From Anaeromyxobacteraceae bacterium (GTDB taxonomy: Bacteria > Myxococcota > Myxococcia > Myxococcales > Anaeromyxobacteraceae), in contig JASGHJ010000002.1 in assembly GCA_047602405.1 (NCBI GenBank), positions 2,784,001-2,848,000 of the forward strand: a DNA stretch of 64,000 nt, in the 5' to 3' direction. The notes under the pieces were generated by a model, which was not told the origin of the DNA, did no database searches, and saw nothing but the letters and a program-made list of their open reading frames with translations. A program made the position numbers and the translations under genes. Each line of letters begins with the position of its first letter. Within the stretch, counting starts at the first letter, position 1. Shown one piece after another: positions 33,294-41,344 of this stretch.

Positions 33294-34412
33294 CTACCCC
33301 TTCTTCGACGCCTTCCACGCCGCGAGCACGGCGGCCTCGCGGTCGGGGGGGAGGCCGGCCTTCATCGGCGCGTTGCGGCGCTGCTCGGGCTCCTTCTTCC
33401 ACCACGCGAGCGTGTCGCGGGCGGTGTCGGCGAGCGGGCGGCACTTCAGCCCCTTCGCGATCGCCCGGGCGTTCGAGACGGCCATGCCGCCCGACTCCGG
33501 CCCCTTCGGGATCCAGCTCGGCATGTCGCTCCAGGCCTGGACCTTCTGCGCCTCGAGGAACGCCGCGGGCACCCAGGTCACGGTCGCCTTCGAGCCGACC
33601 CCCTTCGCGGTCGCCTCGACGAGGCCGCGCATGGTCAGCGGCTTCTCCGGGCCGGCGGCGTTGAAGATGCCGGGGGTGTTCGTCTCCACGAGGCCGATCA
33701 TGAACGCCGCGAGGTCGCGCACGTCGATGACCTGCGAGCGGTCCTCGCCGTCGCCGGGCGCGAGCACCTCACCGCCCCTGTCGAGCCGCACCGGCCAGTA
33801 GGTGTAGCGGTCGGTCGGATCGTCCGGGCCGACGATGAGCGTCGGCCGCACGACGGTGGTCTTCCCGGGCATGGCCGCCTCGGCCGCCTTCTCGCAGGCG
33901 GCCTTCAGCGCGCCGTAGTCCTGCCGGACGTTCTCGGACTTCGGGTCGGCGAGCACCTGCACGGCGGCGGTCTCGTCGGCGCCTGCGGGCACGTCGTCCG
34001 GATAGACCGAGATCGAGGAGACGAACATGTACTGCCCGACGTTCGGCGCGAGGAGCTCGGCCGACATCTTCACGATGCGCGGCACGTAGCCGGAGTCGTC
34101 GATGACGGCGTCCCACTTCCTGCCCTTCAGGGCGTCGAGCTTCCCGTCGCGGTCGCCCTGCAGCTTCTCGAGCTCCGGGAAGAGGTGCGGGTTCGTCTTG
34201 CCGCGGTTGAAGAGCGTCACGGTGTGGCCGTGCGCACGCGCCGCCTCCACGAGCGCGGGGCCGAGGAACTTCGTGCCGCCGAGGATCAGGATCTTCTTCG
34301 GCGCGGGCTTGGCCGTCGCGGCCTTCGAGTCGCCGCGGGCGGCGCGGGGCAGCGCGGCGGCGGCCGCCGCGGCGGCGGTCGTCGCGAGGAACTTCCTGCG
34401 GGTCACGGCCAT
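33294..34412 (-). CDS. NAD-dependent epimerase/dehydratase-family (atypical SDR) protein with Tat signal
   Basis: TRRKFL twin-arginine leader; ILGGTKFLG, SSISVY, YGALK. Confidence 0.88.
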   Translation of the reverse strand: MAVTRRKFLATTAAAAAAAALPRAARGDSKAATAKPAPKKILILGGTKFLGPALVEAARAHGHTVTLFNRGKTNPHLFPELEKLQGDRDGKLDALKGRKWDAVIDDSGYVPRIVKMSAELLAPNVGQYMFVSSISVYPDDVPAGADETAAVQVLADPKSENVRQDYGALKAACEKAAEAAMPGKTTVVRPTLIVGPDDPTDRYTYWPVRLDRGGEVLAPGDGEDRSQVIDVRDLAAFMIGLVETNTPGIFNAAGPEKPLTMRGLVEATAKGVGSKATVTWVPAAFLEAQKVQAWSDMPSWIPKGPESGGMAVSNARAIAKGLKCRPLADTARDTLAWWKKEPEQRRNAPMKAGLPPDREAAVLAAWKASKKG

Positions 34413-34440
34413 GGTCTCTCCTCCTCGGTGAAGCGGCCGC

Positions 34441-35361
34441 CTACTCGACGGCGGCCGCGATCTTCTTCAAGAGCGCCCGGTCCGGCAGCGGCCCCGTGCC
34501 CGCCTCGACGTTCTCCTCGAGGTGGCGGGGCTTCGCCGTCGCCGGGATGACGCAGGTCACCGCCGGGTGGGCGAGGATGAACTTCAGGAACACCTGGCTC
34601 CAGCTCGTGCAGCCGAGCCCCTCGGCCCAGTCCGGGAGCGGCTTCCCCCGCACGCGCGCGAAGAGCGCGCCCTCCTCGAAGGGCCGGTTCACGAGCACCG
34701 CGGTCCCGGTGTCGGCCGCCGCGGGCAACAGCCGCGCCTCCGCCCCGCGCACCGCCGCCGAGTACGGCAGCTGCACGAAGTCGACCTCTTCGGTGCGCAT
34801 GAGCTTCTCGATGTCCGCGAAGGCGGAGCTCGTGTAGTGCGTGATGCCGACGTACCGGACGAGGCCGGCCTTCTTGCGGTCGCGCAGGGTGGCGAGGTGG
34901 TGCTCCCAGTCCAGCAGGTTGTGCACCTGCCCGAGGTCGAGCGTGCGGACCCGGAGCTTCTTCATCGAGTCGGCGAGCTGCGCCTCGCCCTCGGCCTTGC
35001 CGCGGGTCCAGATCTTCGTCGCGACGAACGGGTGGCGCGCCTTCACGGCGGCGAGGAGGTCGCCCACGACCTCCTCGGACGTGCCGTACATCGGCGAGGA
35101 GTCGATGACCCGGCCGCCGGCCGCGAGGAACGTCTCGAGCACCTCGGCGAGCGGGGCCCGGGCGTTCGCGTCGCCGCCCACGTCGAACGTCTGCCAGGTG
35201 CCGAGCCCGATGACCGGGAGGGCCTCGCCGCTCCGGGGGATCTTGCGCGTCAGCATGCGGTCCGGTTCATACGACGGACGGGCGGCCCGTGCACGCGGGC
35301 CGATCGCCGCGAGCCCCGCCGCGGCGGCCGTCCCCGCCACGAACCGGCGCCGGCCGATCAC
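34441..35361 (-). CDS. Aldo/keto reductase with Tat-like signal
   Basis: GRRRFV leader; IGLGTW, IDSSPMYG, ATK, VHN, VIPAT; GTGA overlap with transporter. Confidence 0.9.
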   Translation of the reverse strand: MIGRRRFVAGTAAAAGLAAIGPRARAARPSYEPDRMLTRKIPRSGEALPVIGLGTWQTFDVGGDANARAPLAEVLETFLAAGGRVIDSSPMYGTSEEVVGDLLAAVKARHPFVATKIWTRGKAEGEAQLADSMKKLRVRTLDLGQVHNLLDWEHHLATLRDRKKAGLVRYVGITHYTSSAFADIEKLMRTEEVDFVQLPYSAAVRGAEARLLPAAADTGTAVLVNRPFEEGALFARVRGKPLPDWAEGLGCTSWSQVFLKFILAHPAVTCVIPATAKPRHLEENVEAGTGPLPDRALLKKIAAAVE

Positions 35362-36698
35362 CGCGGGACCTCCGCGCCCCCGGGCACCGGGGCCGCGCCG
35401 GAGGCGGCCGGCGCACCCGCGCGCTCGCGGCGGGCGTGCTCGCGGGCGAGCCAGACCCCGACGAAGATGGACGCCACCGCGAAGGGCACCGCCGAGAGCG
35501 CGAGCGCGGACGCGGAGAGCCCGGCCGCCTTCAGCCCCTCGAACGCCCAGCCGCCCAGGGTGTCGCCGCCGCGGTAGACGACGGTGTCGACGAAGCTCTT
35601 CGCCTTGTACTTCTCGTCGCGGGACACGACCGTGTAGAGCACGTCGCGCGCCGGGCGCTGGAAGGCGAACTCGCTGACGCGCCGGAGCCCCTGGAACGCG
35701 ACGAGGCTCCACAGCCCCGGGACGAGGGCGAGCGCGAGGAAGCCGGCGGTCGTGAGGAGCGGCACCACCGTGAGCGCGGGCAGGAGGCCGAAGGTCGCGG
35801 CGATGGGCCCGGTGGCGAGCGTCTGGAAGCCGAGCGAGCCGAGCGAGACCGCGAAGTCCATCCAGGCGAAGAGCGCGGGCCGGGTCGCGGGGTCCGGGAA
35901 CGCCTGCGCGACGATGCGGGCCTGCTGGAAGTAGAGGAAGGTCGAGCCGAGCGTGAAGAGGAGCATGAGCGCGGCGGTGCCGAGGAGGTACGGCGAGCGC
36001 ACCACCGCCGCGAAGCCGGACCAGGCGCTCCCGCCCAGCGGGTCGGCGTCGCGCGCGCCGGGGGCGACGCCCCGGCCCGCAGCCCGCGCCCACGCGGCGA
36101 GCCGGGTCGCGCAGAACGCGGCGCCCGCGAGGAGCGCGACCGAGAAGAGGAGGATGTTCGCGACGCCCACCGCGTGGACGAGGGAGCCCGTGAGCGCGGA
36201 GCCCGCGAGCGCGCCGGCGCTGCCGCCCCCCGCCACGAGGCCGAAGAGCCGGCGTCCCTGCTCGCTCGTGAACAGGTCGGCCATGAGCGACCAGAAGACC
36301 GCCACCACGAACAGGTTGAAGACCGAGAGCCACGTGAAGAACGTGCGCGCGACGATCGGCTGGTGGGGGTCGATCCGGAAAGCGACGTGGAACGCGACGA
36401 GGCACGCCGCGAAGAAGGCGTAGACGATCGGCACGGCGCGGGAGCGCGGCACCCGGGCCACGAGCGCCGAGTAGACCGGCACCGCGACGAGCATGACGAG
36501 GAAGGTCGCGGTGAAGCTCCACTGCAGCTGATCGACGCCGCCGCGGATGCCCATCTCCTCGCGGATGGGCCTGAGCACGTAGAACGAGCCGATGAGGCAG
36601 AAGAAGTAGGTGAACGCCCAGCCGACCGCGGCGCCCTCGCCGGCCCGCACCTGGCCGTGCGCCCCGAGGCGAAGGCCCCCGCCGCGGCCGCGCTCCAC
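35358..36698 (-). CDS. NTT/TLC-like (ATP/ADP translocase family) MFS transporter
   Basis: YVLRPIRE, FNLFVVAVFWSLM, RPARDVLYT, KYKAKSFVDTVVYRGGD. Confidence 0.82.
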   Translation of the reverse strand: MERGRGGGLRLGAHGQVRAGEGAAVGWAFTYFFCLIGSFYVLRPIREEMGIRGGVDQLQWSFTATFLVMLVAVPVYSALVARVPRSRAVPIVYAFFAACLVAFHVAFRIDPHQPIVARTFFTWLSVFNLFVVAVFWSLMADLFTSEQGRRLFGLVAGGGSAGALAGSALTGSLVHAVGVANILLFSVALLAGAAFCATRLAAWARAAGRGVAPGARDADPLGGSAWSGFAAVVRSPYLLGTAALMLLFTLGSTFLYFQQARIVAQAFPDPATRPALFAWMDFAVSLGSLGFQTLATGPIAATFGLLPALTVVPLLTTAGFLALALVPGLWSLVAFQGLRRVSEFAFQRPARDVLYTVVSRDEKYKAKSFVDTVVYRGGDTLGGWAFEGLKAAGLSASALALSAVPFAVASIFVGVWLAREHARRERAGAPAASGAAPVPGGAEVPR

Positions 36699-37205
36699 CT
36701 AGCGATCCCTCCGGACCTCTCGCACCACGTGGCGCAGCTCCGGGGCGATGAGCTTCTCCCAGGCGAGCCGCACCGCGGCGGACGAGCCCGGCATCGAGAA
36801 GACCGCCCGCCCCTCCCACACGCCGCCGACCGCGCGCGAGAGCATCGCCGCGGCGCCGATCTCGGCGTAGGAGAGCATCCGGAAGAGCTCGCCGAAGCCG
36901 TCCAGCTTCTTCTCGAGGACACCCGCGACCGCCTCGTAGGTCCGGTCGCGGCCGGTGATGCCGGTGCCGCCGTTCACGAGGACGGCGTCGGCCCCGGCGG
37001 CCTTCGCCGCCGAGAGGGCCTCGCGGATGAGCGCGGGCTCGTCCTTCACGATGCGGTAGCCGCAGACCTCGTGGCCGTCCGCGGCCACGCGCTCCCTGAG
37101 GTAGGCGCCGCTCGTGTCCTCGGCCTCGCCCCGCGTGTCGGAGGCGGTGACGACGAAGACCTTCAGCCGCTGCGGCGCTTCCTTGCGGTGCTCCTCGTGG
37201 CCCAT
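36699..37205 (-). CDS. moaB: Molybdenum cofactor biosynthesis protein MoaB/Mog
   Basis: ASDTR..EDTSG, GGTG..RDRT.EA, GFGELFR, MLSRA, PGS. Confidence 0.9.
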   Translation of the reverse strand: MGHEEHRKEAPQRLKVFVVTASDTRGEAEDTSGAYLRERVAADGHEVCGYRIVKDEPALIREALSAAKAAGADAVLVNGGTGITGRDRTYEAVAGVLEKKLDGFGELFRMLSYAEIGAAAMLSRAVGGVWEGRAVFSMPGSSAAVRLAWEKLIAPELRHVVREVRRDR

Positions 37206-37218
37206 CGTGAGTCTCCTG

Positions 37219-37258
37219 CCCCTCGACTCCGCCCGCCTCTGGCGGGCTGCGCTCGGGG
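37219..37258 (-). repeat. REP-like hairpin element (family A)
   Basis: Minus: CCCCGAGCGCAG-cccgcc-aga-ggcggg-CGGAGTCGAGGGG. Confidence 0.75.
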
Positions 37259-37335
37259 CGAGCGGGTCCTTGCAGGGAGCCGTGACAGCCACCTTTGTGA
37301 CTGCCCGGTCCGGCGGGCCACTCTATAACCCACCC

Positions 37336-39099
37336 ATGGCAGACAAGTTCGCCCTGGCGCGCGATCTCCGGGAGATCGGCGCCCTCCTCACGATGGAGGG
37401 CGAGAACCCGTTCAAGGTGCGGGCCTACGACCGTGGGGCCCAGGCGGTGGAAGGGCTGACCGAGGACCTCGAGCGGCTCGTCGCCGAGGACCGCCTGCTC
37501 TCGGTCTCCGGCATCGGCGAGGCGCTCGACGGGAAGATCCGGGCCTGGCTCGAGACCGGCAAGATCCCGCTCCTCGAGCGGCTGCGGGCCGCGCACCCGC
37601 CGGGCGTGGTGGCGCTCCTCCAGGTGCCCGACCTCGGGCCGAAGAAGATCGCCGCGCTCCGGGCCGAGCTCGGGGTGGCCTCGCTCCAGGACCTCGAGGC
37701 GGCGTGCCTCGCCGGGAAGGTCCGGGGCCTGAAGGGCTTCGGCGAGAAGACCGAGCAGAGGATCCTGGAGGGCCTGAAGCGGCTCAAGGAGCGGCCGGCG
37801 GAGAAGCGGATCGTGCTCGAGGAGGCGCTCGAGCTCGGCGCGGAGCTCCTCGCGCACGTGCGGGCGCACCCGGCGACGCTGCGGGCCGAGCTCGCCGGCT
37901 CCGCGCGCCGGGGCAGGGAGACCGTGGGCGACCTCGACGTCGTCGCGGCGTCCGCCGACGGCCCCGCCCTCGGGAGGCACCTCGTCGCGTTCCCGCGGGT
38001 GGCCGAGGTGCTCGGCCAGGGCGACACGAAGACCTCGGTGCGGCTCTCGACCGGCGTGCAGGTGGACCTCCGCATCGTGCCGCCGGAGGACTTCCCGACG
38101 CTGCTGCACCACCTCACCGGCTCGAAGGCCCACCACGTGAAGCTCCGCGGCCTCGCGCGCGACCGCGGGTTCACGCTGTCGGAGTGGGGGCTCTACCGGC
38201 TCGCGGACGGCGTGCCGGAGTCCGAGCTCAGGCCGGAGCACAAGGTCGCCATCGCCTCCGAGGAGGGGCTCTACGCGGCGCTCGGCCTCGCCTACGTGCC
38301 GCCCGAGCTGCGCGAGGACCAGGGCGAGCTCGAGGCGGCGGCCGGCGGGGGCCCGGGGTTGCCGAAGGACCTCGTCGCGCTCTCCGACGTGCGCGGCCTC
38401 GTGCACGCGCACACCACCTGGTCGGACGGCAAGGCCACGCTCCTCGAGATGGCCCGCGGCGCCGAGGCGCGCGGCGCGCAGTACCTCACCATCACCGATC
38501 ACTCCCGCGCGGCCGGCTACGCGGGCGGGCTCGACCGCGACCGGCTCCTCGCGCAGTGGGACGAGATCGCGGCCGTCCAGGAGCAGGTGAAGGTGAAGCT
38601 GCTGCGCGGCACCGAGGCCGACATCCTCGACGACGGCCGCATCGACGTGCCGGAGGAGCTGATCCCGCGGTTCGACGTCGTCATCGCCTCGATCCACTCG
38701 CGCATGAAGATGGACCGGGCGCAGATGACCGCGCGCCTCGTCGCCGCGATGAAGCAGCCCTTCTTCAAGATCTGGGGGCACGCGCTCGGACGGCTCCTCG
38801 GCGAGCGCGACCCGTTCGACTGCGACGCCGAGGCGGTGCTCGACGCCCTCGCGGCCTCGCGGGGCGCCATCGAGGTGAACGGCGACCCGCAGCGCATGGA
38901 GGCCGATCCGCGGATGCTCCGGATGGCCCGGGAGCGGAACATCCCGATCGTGCTGTCGGTCGACGCCCACTCGGTCCACGCCCTGGATTACTTGCCGCTC
39001 GCGGTCGTGACCGCCCGGCGCGGGTGGATCGAGCGCGGACGGGTGCTGAACACGCTCCCGGTCGAGGCGTTCCGGGCGGCGGTGAAGCCGGCGGCGTGA
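37336..39099 (+). CDS. polX: DNA polymerase X / PHP-domain 3'-5' exonuclease
   Basis: GENPFKVRAY, HhH motifs, GDLD, VDLR, TGSKAH, PHP motifs HAHT..SDG, ITDH, DAH. Confidence 0.93.
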   Translation: MADKFALARDLREIGALLTMEGENPFKVRAYDRGAQAVEGLTEDLERLVAEDRLLSVSGIGEALDGKIRAWLETGKIPLLERLRAAHPPGVVALLQVPDLGPKKIAALRAELGVASLQDLEAACLAGKVRGLKGFGEKTEQRILEGLKRLKERPAEKRIVLEEALELGAELLAHVRAHPATLRAELAGSARRGRETVGDLDVVAASADGPALGRHLVAFPRVAEVLGQGDTKTSVRLSTGVQVDLRIVPPEDFPTLLHHLTGSKAHHVKLRGLARDRGFTLSEWGLYRLADGVPESELRPEHKVAIASEEGLYAALGLAYVPPELREDQGELEAAAGGGPGLPKDLVALSDVRGLVHAHTTWSDGKATLLEMARGAEARGAQYLTITDHSRAAGYAGGLDRDRLLAQWDEIAAVQEQVKVKLLRGTEADILDDGRIDVPEELIPRFDVVIASIHSRMKMDRAQMTARLVAAMKQPFFKIWGHALGRLLGERDPFDCDAEAVLDALAASRGAIEVNGDPQRMEADPRMLRMARERNIPIVLSVDAHSVHALDYLPLAVVTARRGWIERGRVLNTLPVEAFRAAVKPAA

Positions 39100-39113
39100 T
39101 CACCTTCGGGTGC

Positions 39114-39205
39114 CGGACACCCCGAGCGCGCCGTCCGCACACCCCGAGCGCGTTGTCCGCACGCCCCGAGCGTAGGGGCCGCGGAGCGGCCCCGGAGACG
39201 AGGGG
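39114..39205 (+). repeat. REP-like element (family A, 39164-39205) preceded by two ~22-bp stuttered copies of its left arm
   Basis: ACACCCCGAGCGCG..TCCGC repeated, then CCCCGAGCGTAG-gggccgc-gga-gcggccc-CGGAGACGAGGGG. Confidence 0.75.
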
Positions 39206-39254
39206 CCGCCCGTATCCTTGTGACCGGGCCGGGGGACGTCTACCCTCCCCTGGC

Positions 39255-40601
39255 TTGGACCCCGCGAAGAAGCCCACCCTGCTGACGAGGCGCGTCCAGC
39301 TCCTCGGCCTCCTCTCGATCTCGTCCGGGATGCCGCTCGGGTGGGTCTTCAACAGCCTGCAGTTCTTCCTCGTGGACCTCGGGTTCAAGCGGTCCACCAT
39401 CGGGCTCCTCTCCGGGGTCTCGATCCCGTGGACGTTCAAGTTCCTGTGGGCGCCGTTCGTCGACCGCTACGCGCTCGCCTGGCCGGGCCGGCGCCGCAGC
39501 TGGATCATCCTGGGCCAGCTCGCGCTCGCGGCGGCGTTCGGCGGCCTCGCCGCGTTCGCCTGGCGCACCCTCGCCGCGAAGCAGGCGGGGGATCCGCTCG
39601 ACGGCGTGCCGCTCCTCATCGGGCTCATCGCGGTCGGGATCGCGTTCCTCTCGGCGACGCAGGACATCGCCATCGACGCGTACGCGGTCGAGACGCTGCA
39701 CAAGGACGAGCAGGGGCCGGTCTCGGGCCTCCGCATCATGTACTACCGGCTCGGCATGCTGGTGGCGGGGGCGCTCGCGGTCTCCGCCTCCGACTGGCTC
39801 GGCTGGCCGGTGGTCTTCCTGCTCCTCGGCGTGCTGTTCGCGGCGTTCGTGGGCGTGACCCTCGCCGCGCCCGAGCCCGACGTGCCCGCCGCGCCGCCGC
39901 GCTCGCTCGGCAGCGCCGTCGTCGAGCCGTTCCGGACGTTCTTCTCCCGCTCCGACGCCATCCCCGTCGCCCTGTTCCTGATCTTCTACAAGTTCGGGGA
40001 CAACATGGGCGGGACGATGGTCAACCCGTTCCTGAAGGACCTCTGCTTCACGAACGCGGAGGCGGGGGCGGCGGTGAAGTCGATCGGGTTCGTCGCGACC
40101 ATCGTCGGCGCCGGCGTGGGCGCCGCGCTCATGAACCGGATGGGCCTCGGCCGGGCGCTCTGGATCTTCGGCGCGCTGCAGGCGGGGGCGAACGTCATCT
40201 ACTCCATCGCCGCCACCGAGCGCGGCGTGCCGCTCGCCGCCGCCCAGTGCGGCGGGCTGCCGCCGCTCGACCTCGTGACCCGCGCCTGGACCTACGTCGC
40301 GATCGCGAGCGAGTACGGCGCGCAGGGCATGGCGTCCGCCGCCCAGGGCGCGCTCCTCCTGCGCGTCTGCGACAAGCGCTACTCGGCGACCCAGTTCGCG
40401 CTGCTCTCGTCGCTCTTCGGGCTCGGCCGCTGGGCCGCGGGCCTCCCGAGCGGCTACCTCGTGGAGCAGGTGGGCTACCCGGCGTTCTTCGCGCTCTGCG
40501 CGACCGTGATGGCCGCGCCCGGGTTCGTCTTCCTGTCGCGGATCGCGCCGCTCCGGCAGCGCGAGGTGCTCACCGCGGACGCGAACCCGCCGGCGGGCTG
40601 A
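39255..40601 (+). CDS. ampG: AmpG-family muropeptide MFS transporter
   Basis: SSGMPL, PWTFKFLWAPFVD, RRRSW, SATQDIAIDAY, SATQFALLSS; TTG start inferred. Confidence 0.9.
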   Translation: MDPAKKPTLLTRRVQLLGLLSISSGMPLGWVFNSLQFFLVDLGFKRSTIGLLSGVSIPWTFKFLWAPFVDRYALAWPGRRRSWIILGQLALAAAFGGLAAFAWRTLAAKQAGDPLDGVPLLIGLIAVGIAFLSATQDIAIDAYAVETLHKDEQGPVSGLRIMYYRLGMLVAGALAVSASDWLGWPVVFLLLGVLFAAFVGVTLAAPEPDVPAAPPRSLGSAVVEPFRTFFSRSDAIPVALFLIFYKFGDNMGGTMVNPFLKDLCFTNAEAGAAVKSIGFVATIVGAGVGAALMNRMGLGRALWIFGALQAGANVIYSIAATERGVPLAAAQCGGLPPLDLVTRAWTYVAIASEYGAQGMASAAQGALLLRVCDKRYSATQFALLSSLFGLGRWAAGLPSGYLVEQVGYPAFFALCATVMAAPGFVFLSRIAPLRQREVLTADANPPAG

Positions 40602-40617
40602 CCCCCTGCGAAGCCCA

Positions 40618-40687
40618 GCGGAGCAGATCCGGGGAAGGGCCCCGCGGAGCTCCGCTCCGCGGGGAGGGGGCTACGCCCCCTCGAAAC
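40618..40687. repeat. Double-hairpin intergenic element (family B), copy 2
   Basis: Near-identical to 16454-16524. Confidence 0.8.
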
Positions 40688-41278
40688 TCAGTACCGGTAC
40701 TCGGCCGTCGCCTGGGCCTGGAGGCCGTCGGCGGCGACCTCGCCACCTTGGTGCGCACGGGCGACGACGTAGCGGGCCTCGGCACCCAGCGCGAGGTGCT
40801 CGTCCGCCTGGTACACGAGCCCGGCGCCGGCCTGGCCGAGCGGGGCGGCGCGGGTCCACGAGGTGGAGAGGGGGCCCCTGCCGGCCACCGCCTCGACGGG
40901 GCGGACGCGCGTCACCTCGGCCCCGCCGCCGGCGAGGACGTACGGGCGCCAGCTCCCGGCCCAGAACGCCCAGCGGGCGGTCGCGGTGATCGGGAAGAGC
41001 GTGAGCGTCGCGTCGACGGGGAGCGCGGTCGCGACCGAGCTGAAGCCGCCGGGGCCGGTGAGGGACTTGCGGCCCGCGGCGAGCTCGAGCGTGAGGTGCG
41101 GCGTCACCCACCAGCCGGCGCCGGCCTCCACCGCGAAGCCCGTCCCGAAGCCGGACAGCTGGGTCGGGACGAGCGCACCCACCCGGATGGCGCCGTAGAA
41201 CGGCGAGCCGGCGCGCGCGCCGGACGGCGCGAGGGCGGCGAGGGACGCGGCGAGCGCGAGGGCGAGGCGGACGGGCAT
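40688..41278 (-). CDS. Outer-membrane beta-barrel protein (OmpW/OMP_b-brl-like)
   Basis: Signal ending ARA, amphipathic strands, RPYVLAGGG, C-terminal aromatic EYRY. Confidence 0.7.
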   Translation of the reverse strand: MPVRLALALAASLAALAPSGARAGSPFYGAIRVGALVPTQLSGFGTGFAVEAGAGWWVTPHLTLELAAGRKSLTGPGGFSSVATALPVDATLTLFPITATARWAFWAGSWRPYVLAGGGAEVTRVRPVEAVAGRGPLSTSWTRAAPLGQAGAGLVYQADEHLALGAEARYVVARAHQGGEVAADGLQAQATAEYRY

Positions 41279-41344
41279 GGCGAGCATCCTCGCCGCGGGT
41301 CGGCCCGCGCGCAAGCGCGGTGCGCGCTCGCCGGCCGGGAGCGC

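Noticed and set aside
37206..37292. N-terminal extension of MoaB through the repeat
   Set aside because: A GGAG RBS precedes ATG at 37205 and homology starts there, so the element is treated as 5'-UTR/intergenic
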